The position numbers were made by a program, and so were the translations under genes. From Candidatus Methylomirabilota bacterium (GTDB lineage Bacteria > Methylomirabilota > Methylomirabilia > Rokubacteriales > CSP1-6): a DNA stretch of 12,078 nt. Positions 5,497 to 12,078 of this stretch are shown here, one piece after another (the first letter of the stretch is position 1; each line of letters begins with the position of its first letter). A model generated the notes under the pieces. That model made no database searches. It was given only the letters and a program-made list of their open reading frames with translations, and was not told where the DNA came from. The stretch is taken from the NCBI GenBank assembly GCA_046726415.1, contig JBKPAK010000098.1, positions 1 through 12,078 on the forward strand, read 5' to 3'.

Positions 5497-6861
5497 ATGA
5501 TCCGCCGCCTGGTCATCTTCGGAGCGTCGGGAGACTTGACCGCGCGCCACCTCCTGCCGGCAATCGCGCAGCTCGTCGACGCCGGCCACCTGCCCCCCGA
5601 CATCACTATCGAGGGTATTGGCCGACAACCGTGGGACACGGAGGCTTTCCGGGCTCACGTCGCTCAGAAGCTGGACCGCCACGCCCCGGAATTGAGCGCA
5701 CCCGCCCGCCAGGCGCTGACGCGCATGCTCGTCTACCATCGCGCGGACATGACGAACCCGGACCAGGTGATTACCGCCCTGGGCAACGTGGACGCCCCCC
5801 TCATCGCGTACCTCGCTCTGCCTCCGGCATTGTTCGGACCGACCATCAACACGCTCGGCAAGCTGGGGCTTCCCGACGGGAGCCGGATCGCCGTCGAGAA
5901 GCCGTTCGGAGAGGGTCTCACCTCGGCGCGAGACCTCAATCGCTTGCTGCATCGATTCTTCCCGGAGGAGGCCGTCTTCCGCCTCGACCACTTTCTCGGC
6001 AAGCAGACCGTGCAGAACATTCTCGGGCTGCGGTTCGCCAATCGCCTGTTCGAGCCGATCTGGAATGCCGAGCACGTGGCGCGGGTGGAGATCGTGTGGG
6101 ACGAGACGTTGGCCCTGGAAGGGCGCGCGACGTACTACGATCGCGCCGGCGCACTGGTCGACATGGTCCAAAACCACCTGCTGCAGCTCCTCTGCCTGGT
6201 GGGGATGGAGCCGCCGCCGACCTTGAGCGCGCGCGACTTTCGCGACCGGAAGGTCGACGTCCTGCGCGCCGTGCGCTCGCTGACGCGCGAGGAGGTCCCG
6301 CAGCGGACGGTGCGCGGTCGCTATCACGCCGGGCGCATCGACGGCCACCCGGTCCCGGCCTACATCGCCGAGCCGGGCGTGGATCCCGCCCGGAAGACGG
6401 AGACGTTCGCCCAGGTCACCCTCAACATCGACAACTGGCGCTGGGCCGGCGTGCCGTTCTCGCTGCGCACGGGCAAGGGGCTGGCCGCCAACCGGCAGGA
6501 GATCGCGTTGCACTTCAAGCCCGTCCCCCACTTAGCCTTTGTCGAGGCGGTGGTGCCCGGCCACAACACCCTGCGGCTCACGCTCCATCCGGATCGCATC
6601 GCGCTCCAGATCAATGTCAACGGCCCGGGCGATCCCTTCACCTTGGAGCGACTCGATCTGGAAGCGACCCTCGCGCCCCAAGATCTGTCGCCGTACGCTC
6701 GCATTCTTCTGGAGGTCCTGGAAGGCGATCCCACGCTGTCCATTCGCGACGATGAGGCCGAGGAATGCTGGCGCATCATCGAGCCGATCCGGCAGGCCTG
6801 GCAGGAAGGGCGCGTCCCGCTCCTCGCTTACCCGGCCGGCTCCCACGGCCCGACTGCATAG
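5497..6861 (+). CDS. zwf: Glucose-6-phosphate 1-dehydrogenase
   Basis: 454 aa. Motifs IFGASGDL (dinucleotide binding), YLALPP, VEKPFG, RLDHFLGKQTVQN (compare RIDHYLGKE), RFAN, DMVQNHLLQ, TETF and RWAGVPFSLRTGK are present. Confidence 0.96.
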   Translation: MIRRLVIFGASGDLTARHLLPAIAQLVDAGHLPPDITIEGIGRQPWDTEAFRAHVAQKLDRHAPELSAPARQALTRMLVYHRADMTNPDQVITALGNVDAPLIAYLALPPALFGPTINTLGKLGLPDGSRIAVEKPFGEGLTSARDLNRLLHRFFPEEAVFRLDHFLGKQTVQNILGLRFANRLFEPIWNAEHVARVEIVWDETLALEGRATYYDRAGALVDMVQNHLLQLLCLVGMEPPPTLSARDFRDRKVDVLRAVRSLTREEVPQRTVRGRYHAGRIDGHPVPAYIAEPGVDPARKTETFAQVTLNIDNWRWAGVPFSLRTGKGLAANRQEIALHFKPVPHLAFVEAVVPGHNTLRLTLHPDRIALQINVNGPGDPFTLERLDLEATLAPQDLSPYARILLEVLEGDPTLSIRDDEAEECWRIIEPIRQAWQEGRVPLLAYPAGSHGPTA

Positions 6862-9800
6862 GTTCGCGTCACAGCCGTTGGCGCCGCGTCCATGGGTAGT
6901 CCGTCCCGGTAGACGACCGTGTTGGTTCGAAGGGCCGGCACCCGTGGGCCAGGCGTGAGGATGCCCACGAGGTTCAGCGGGTCCACGGCGGACAGCTGGA
7001 CGATCTCATCGGTGCGCTGCCGACGGCGGGTGTGGCGCAGCGCTTCCACGGCCTCGGGCCGCGCGTACTGCTCCCCGACGAACCCCGTCACAAAGCGTCC
7101 GCCGCGCGCGATGCCGCGGGCCTCCAGCCGCCGCAGCGCGCGGAGGATCTCTCGCCAGGGCACGGCCAGCGCCTCGCGCGCCACGACGTCGCGAAAGACG
7201 ACGCCGTAGCGCGCGAGGAGCTGCTCGGCGACGGCCTCGGCGAGCGTCTCGACCTCGATATCGGCGAGCGAATGGGAATGGGTCACAAACAGTGACCAGC
7301 GGCCCTCGGTGCCGCGCCCGGCGATCGCCCCACGGCGGAGCGAACGGCGCGAGGGCAGGCGGCTCGTGTGCTGAGCCGAGCTCGCCCGCGCGGAGAGCAA
7401 CGCGCGGACACTGCCAAAACCGTCGGCGGTGACGAGGCCACGCGACACCAGTTCCCAGAGCCCTTCGGTCACCTCGGCGGGGGGACGCTCGGTGACGGCC
7501 ACGATCTCGCCGTAGAAGAGGGCACCCCTCAGGCGCAGACACTCCAAAACATCTCTCGCCACCCCCTGGCTGGGGAGGGCGGCTTCGCCAGAACCCCGGG
7601 CCGCCGCGAGGAGCCAGGGTAGGTTGTCGCGCACGAGGAAACTCACCGGCGTGGCCCGCGACGGCACCGGGGCGGTGAGCGGTGGAACGGTCGGTCCGTC
7701 ACTCTCACTCGGTTCGCTGACATTTCCCGGGCGCACCGCGACGCGCGCCCACATCACCGCGCCCGTCATGCAGAGGTCGTCCAGCCACTCCCGTCGATAC
7801 TCGGCCACGCGGGCGGGCAGGATCGTGGCCTCCCAAGCCCCGACGGCGATCTCGAAGCCCTGCAGCTGCTCGATCACCGCCAGCACGCCCTCGCGCCCCT
7901 CGAGCGGCGTGCCGGGAGCCACGTGCTGCCAGCGGAGAAGGAACCGGATGAAATCCTGGGCGGTCACCGGCTCGATCTCGCGGCGCAGCCGCTCGGTCGT
8001 GTAGCGGTGAATCCGAGCGAGCAGCCGTCGCTCGCACAGCTCTATCGGTTGACTTTCTGAACTGACGCGGAGGGGATCGAACCGGCCCCGCAGGAGGAAT
8101 CCGTCGGCTTCCAGACGCGCCACCGCGATCTCCACGGTGTCCTCACTGAGCCCGGTTCGCGCGGCCAGGCCGGCCGCCGTGCATGGCCCCAGGTCCCCGA
8201 GATGTCCACACACCGCCACCACCGCGGCCGTCTCTTCGTCGACGGGGTCGACAGGCGGCATCGCCGGCAGCCGGACATCGGGGACGATGGGTTTCCGGGG
8301 GAACAGCGCTTCCACCAGGGCCCGGCGTTCGGTGGCCAACCACAGCGGACCGGCCGCCGTGGTGACGGTGGCCGCCCGACCGTCCGCGGCCAGTTGGTCG
8401 AACCACGCGGCCCACGATGGCTGCGGTCGGCCCACGACCCGCTCGAGCAGAACGTCATGCAGTTCCTCGGCGTCTCGCGGATCCGGACGCGCCTCCTGGC
8501 GCACGCGCGCGATGGCTTCCGGATCGAGCGCGCCGAGGTCGCGCGCGGTCTCGGGCAGGCCGCGGCGCAAGGTCACCGCCCGGGTGCGACGCTCCTCGAG
8601 CGGCGCATCGTCGAGGTAGGTGTAGGGCCGGCCATTTAGGATCTCGTGGGACAGAGGCGAGGGCTCGGGCGACTCGCGAAAGTGCGTGCGGATCGCGCCC
8701 GATTCGACGCGCTCGAGGAGCGCCACCAGCCCGTCGACGTCCGTGGCCTCGTGCAGGCAGTCGTGCAGGGTCTGGCGAACCAGGGGATGATCCGGGATCT
8801 CAACCGGGCCCGGCGGCGCGTTGTCCTGGCAGGCGGCGAGGCCGGGGAACACCGCGGCCATGAGATCGTCGGCCTCCATGCGCTGGATGGGCGGCGGGTT
8901 GCGCTTGCCGCCGCGCTGTCGCAGCACCGTAAGCGCCCGACCGAGGTTCCAGCGCCAACGCACCTGGAACATGGGCGAGGCCAGCAGCGCCTGCGCCAGC
9001 GTCTCGTGCGCGGTCCGTGCTGACAAGAAGCGCGCGACCTCGCTCAGCGGCAAGCTCTGCGAGAGCCCCAGCGAGAGCACCACCGCGTCGTCGTCCGCCG
9101 CCGCCTGCAGCTCGAAGTCGAAGGTTCGACAGAACCGCTTGCGGAGCGCCAGGCCGAGCGCCCGGTTCACGCGGGCGCCGAATGGCGCGTGAACGACGAG
9201 CTGCATGCCGCCCGTCTCGTCGAAGAAGCGCTCGAAGACCACGTCGCGCTGCGTGGGCAAGACCCCCAGCGCCGCCAGGCCGGCGGCCAAATAGCGCGTG
9301 ATCTCCTGGGCGACCTCCCGCGAGATGCCCGCCTCGCGTTCGAGCCAGGCGATCGCCCCGGTGGCATCTCCAGCAGCGAGCAAGGCCCCCACCCGCTCTC
9401 GAAGCTCCGAGACTTCGGCCGACAGCTCGGCGGTCCGCGCGGGCGCCTCCCCGAGCCAGAAGGGTACGGACGGCGGTGCCCCCGCGGCGTCGATCACGCG
9501 GACGATGCCCGCCTCGACCCGGCGAATCCGCCACGATGTGCTCCCCAGCAGGAAGATGTCGCCGGCCAGACTCTCGATGGCCCAGTCCTCGTTGACCGTG
9601 CCGACGACCATATCGTCGGGATCCGCCACGACCTTGTAGTCGGCGGTCTCGGGGATGGCGCCGCCTGACGTCAGGGCGGCGAGACGCGCGGCCCGCCGGC
9701 CACGAAAAGCGCCGTTCACCCGATCGCGATGCAGATACGCGCCCCGGCGCCCCCGCCCCGTCTGGATCCCCTCAGAGAGCATCTCCACGATGGCGTCGAA

Positions 9801-11156
9801 GTCTCGACGCGAGAGGGCAGCGTACGGGGCGGCCCGCCTGACCAGCGCGTACAGATCGTCCTCGCGCCATGGCTCCGCGGCTGCCGCCGCGACGATCTGC
9901 TGAGCCAGGATGTCGAGCGGCGCCACCGGAGGCACGACCGCATCGAGCTTCCCTGCCCGCACCCCGCGCAGCAGCGCCGCACTCTCGACCAGCTCGTCGC
10001 GCGTCGTCGGATAGAGGCGTCCCTTGGGGGTGGCCGCGCGCGCGTGGCCCGATCGCCCGACACGCTGGAGGAACGTGCTCAGGCTGCGCGGCGAGCCGAT
10101 CTGACAGACGAGCTCGACTGGCCCGATGTCAATGCCGAGCTCGAGCGAGGCGGTGGCGACCAGCGCCTTCAGATCGCCCGCGCGAAGCCGCTCCTCCAGG
10201 CGAAAACGCCGGTCGCGGGACAGGCTGCCGTGGTGCGCAGCCACGCGATCGGGCCCGAGGCGCTCGCCGAGCAGATGCGCGATGCGCTCGGCCAGGCGCC
10301 GGGTGTTCACGAAGACCAGCGTGGTCCGGTGGGCGTCGACGTGGTACGCGATACGGTCCAAGATCTCGCCCCACTGCTCGCGCGACATCACCGCCTGGAG
10401 CTCGCTGTCCGGCAGTTCGATGGCGAGGTCGAGGGGGCGCCGATGCCCGAGGTCCACGACGGCACAGTCGGCCGCTCCGTCCGGTGTACTGCGTTGAGGA
10501 CCGCCGCCGACCAGGAGCCGCGCGATCGTCGCGACGGGGCGCTGCGTCGCCGAAAGCCCGATGCGCTGCGGCCGCGTCTCGCCCAGCGCGTCCAACCGCT
10601 CCAGGGTCAAGCTCAGATGGGAACCGCGCTTGTCCCGCGCGACCGCGTGGATCTCGTCGACGATGACGGTCCGGACTCGGCGGAGTTGTTCCCGGCTCTT
10701 CTGCGCGGTGACCAGCAGGTACAGCGACTCCGGCGTGGTCACCAGGATGTGGGGGGCTCGTCGAGTCATGGCCGCGCGAGCGCTGGGCGTGGTGTCGCCC
10801 GTGCGCACCTGGACGCGGAGGTCGGGAATGGCGATTCCCTGCTCGCCGGCCAGGGCGCGGATCTCGGCCAGCGGGGTCTCGAGATTCTGGTGGATGTCGC
10901 GCGCCAGCGCCTTGAGAGGAGACACGTACACGACGTCTACGCCCTCGGGCAGGTCCCCGTCGGTCCGGAGCAGCCGGTCGATGCAGACGAGAAAGGACGC
11001 CAGCGTCTTGCCCGACCCGGTGGGCGCCGCGATCAGAACATCGCGCCCCGCCGCGATGAGCGGCCAGCCTTCGGCCTGCGACGGCGTGGGCCCGGCCGGG
11101 AAGCGATCGGCGAACCACCGTTGGACGACGCGATGGAATCCGCTGAGCGCCTGCAT
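6828..11156 (-). CDS. lhr: ATP-dependent SF2 helicase Lhr, long form with C-terminal winged-helix/glycosylase-like region
   Basis: 1442 aa. Motifs APTGSGKT (I), YVSPLKAL (Ia), TTPESL, VDEIH (II), GLSAT (III), VFVNTRR, AHHGSLS, ATASLELGIDIG and QRVGRSGH (VI) are present, plus Lhr-specific TSGGAIP, VPFWLGE and LEERRTRAV. The C-terminus contains LLARYGVVFR, RGGRFVTGFVGEQYA and SAVDPLNL. Confidence 0.96.
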   Translation of the reverse strand: MQALSGFHRVVQRWFADRFPAGPTPSQAEGWPLIAAGRDVLIAAPTGSGKTLASFLVCIDRLLRTDGDLPEGVDVVYVSPLKALARDIHQNLETPLAEIRALAGEQGIAIPDLRVQVRTGDTTPSARAAMTRRAPHILVTTPESLYLLVTAQKSREQLRRVRTVIVDEIHAVARDKRGSHLSLTLERLDALGETRPQRIGLSATQRPVATIARLLVGGGPQRSTPDGAADCAVVDLGHRRPLDLAIELPDSELQAVMSREQWGEILDRIAYHVDAHRTTLVFVNTRRLAERIAHLLGERLGPDRVAAHHGSLSRDRRFRLEERLRAGDLKALVATASLELGIDIGPVELVCQIGSPRSLSTFLQRVGRSGHARAATPKGRLYPTTRDELVESAALLRGVRAGKLDAVVPPVAPLDILAQQIVAAAAAEPWREDDLYALVRRAAPYAALSRRDFDAIVEMLSEGIQTGRGRRGAYLHRDRVNGAFRGRRAARLAALTSGGAIPETADYKVVADPDDMVVGTVNEDWAIESLAGDIFLLGSTSWRIRRVEAGIVRVIDAAGAPPSVPFWLGEAPARTAELSAEVSELRERVGALLAAGDATGAIAWLEREAGISREVAQEITRYLAAGLAALGVLPTQRDVVFERFFDETGGMQLVVHAPFGARVNRALGLALRKRFCRTFDFELQAAADDDAVVLSLGLSQSLPLSEVARFLSARTAHETLAQALLASPMFQVRWRWNLGRALTVLRQRGGKRNPPPIQRMEADDLMAAVFPGLAACQDNAPPGPVEIPDHPLVRQTLHDCLHEATDVDGLVALLERVESGAIRTHFRESPEPSPLSHEILNGRPYTYLDDAPLEERRTRAVTLRRGLPETARDLGALDPEAIARVRQEARPDPRDAEELHDVLLERVVGRPQPSWAAWFDQLAADGRAATVTTAAGPLWLATERRALVEALFPRKPIVPDVRLPAMPPVDPVDEETAAVVAVCGHLGDLGPCTAAGLAARTGLSEDTVEIAVARLEADGFLLRGRFDPLRVSSESQPIELCERRLLARIHRYTTERLRREIEPVTAQDFIRFLLRWQHVAPGTPLEGREGVLAVIEQLQGFEIAVGAWEATILPARVAEYRREWLDDLCMTGAVMWARVAVRPGNVSEPSESDGPTVPPLTAPVPSRATPVSFLVRDNLPWLLAAARGSGEAALPSQGVARDVLECLRLRGALFYGEIVAVTERPPAEVTEGLWELVSRGLVTADGFGSVRALLSARASSAQHTSRLPSRRSLRRGAIAGRGTEGRWSLFVTHSHSLADIEVETLAEAVAEQLLARYGVVFRDVVAREALAVPWREILRALRRLEARGIARGGRFVTGFVGEQYARPEAVEALRHTRRRQRTDEIVQLSAVDPLNLVGILTPGPRVPALRTNTVVYRDGLPMDAAPTAVTRTYAVGPWEPAG

Positions 11157-11216
11157 GCGGTTAAGCCTACTCCTTCCAACCCGAATCCCGCTCCTCTTTG
11201 CCCGCCGGCCCGGCCC

Positions 11217-12078
11217 TCACACCTCCCACCAGCGGGCCACCTCGCGCTCGAGAGCGCGCAGGTCGGGATAGCGGCGCTCGACCTCGCGGATGAACTCTTC
11301 GGCTTCAGACTCGGTGGGAACCAGATCGGGCAGGGCGACCGCGAAGTCGTAAACCGAGAACGCCTCGGTCGGAAGGATCACGTCGAGGACGACGACGTCG
11401 GTGTGGCGGTGGCGCAGGACCGCCTGGTAGACGCGCGCGTAGACGTCAGGATCGTACGGCACCGGTCCGGCACCAGCGACCCCCTTCGATCCTGAGCCCG
11501 CTCCGGTCGGCTCGGCCCCGGGCTCGGTCACTCCGAGTTGACGAGCAACCTCCGCGAGGTTATCCGAGAGGTCGCGCAGCACGTGAGGGGGCGCATCCTC
11601 GCGCTCGCGGGGATGCCGAGGGCTCGCGGTCCGGCGCGCGCGCTCGGACTCGAGGAACCGCCGCACCTCGCGCGAGGGCGCCGCGATGGCAAATCGGCAC
11701 CGCGGGCCGGCCAGAATGCCCTCGGCCCGATCATCGATGCGGCGCGCCAGCTCTACGAAGCGGCTTCCGACAAAAGGCGTCTCGCCAATGACCAGGTGTT
11801 CGGGTTCCGGATGGCGCTCACTCCATCCGATCAGCGCGCGGCGCACCCACAGGCCGGCCGCCTTTCGGATGACCACATGAGTGACGCCGTCAACCAGCGG
11901 GTAACGTCGGCCGGCCGGACTCGCCTCGAGCACCGGACGCGCCACATCCCACTGGAGGAGGTGAATGCGTCGGCCCGCGCCGCTCGCCAGATGGGCCAGC
12001 TGGTGGATGAGGAGACTCTTGCCGGTCCCGGGAAGCCCGGCAACGAAAACCATCCGCTGCTCGCCCAGCTGGCGAACC
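11217..12078 (-). CDS. Uncharacterised P-loop NTPase/kinase-fold protein (5' end probably outside the window)
   Basis: Walker A motif VFVAGLPGTGKS, followed by hydrophobic strands IHLLQWD and LVIGETP. The frame stays open upstream of ATG 12053 (VRQLGEQR-M) to the window edge, so the true start may lie further upstream. The stop is at 11217, 60 nt before lhr. Confidence 0.8.
   Translation of the reverse strand, partial: VRQLGEQRMVFVAGLPGTGKSLLIHQLAHLASGAGRRIHLLQWDVARPVLEASPAGRRYPLVDGVTHVVIRKAAGLWVRRALIGWSERHPEPEHLVIGETPFVGSRFVELARRIDDRAEGILAGPRCRFAIAAPSREVRRFLESERARRTASPRHPREREDAPPHVLRDLSDNLAEVARQLGVTEPGAEPTGAGSGSKGVAGAGPVPYDPDVYARVYQAVLRHRHTDVVVLDVILPTEAFSVYDFAVALPDLVPTESEAEEFIREVERRYPDLRALEREVARWWEV

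Noticed and set aside
879..6861. SMP-30 lactonase acting as the 6-phosphogluconolactonase partner of zwf
   Set aside because: The genes are 3.7 kb apart with a 315-nt spacer before zwf. Known Pgl enzymes belong to the DevB/NagB-like or YbhE seven-bladed families, so there is no support beyond the name.
6828..12078. Anti-phage defence system (helicase plus ATPase)
   Set aside because: The helicase is a canonical housekeeping long Lhr, without the DUF1998 Zn-binding cysteine cluster or nuclease domain of DISARM/Druantia-type helicases. No methylase, nuclease or mobile-element context is visible.

Overview
High-GC bacterial chromosomal window of mostly metabolic genes plus a DNA-repair helicase. 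I see no rRNA, tRNA, CRISPR array, integrase or transposase. From left to right: (i) two tandem copies of a ~67-nt palindromic REP-like element with a C6A3C6 core; (ii) a minus-strand pyridoxamine-5'-phosphate-oxidase-like split-barrel protein; (iii) a divergent plus-strand cluster of SMP-30/gluconolactonase, a frameshifted and truncated MFS transporter remnant, and a translationally coupled trio of luciferase-like monooxygenase, acetoacetate-decarboxylase-fold protein and HSL-family esterase; (iv) a stand-alone glucose-6-phosphate dehydrogenase (zwf) that overlaps tail-to-tail with (v) a full-length 1442-aa Lhr helicase; and (vi) an uncharacterised P-loop protein upstream of lhr that runs off the window edge. 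The most interesting items are the ADC-fold protein that appears to lack both catalytic residues, the possible oxygenase/lactone-hydrolase catabolic cluster around it, the structured repeat, and the orphan P-loop gene next to lhr. I cannot claim a clearly novel system from the sequence alone. The repeat style reminds me of Candidatus Rokubacteria-like genomes, but that is recollection, not a search result.
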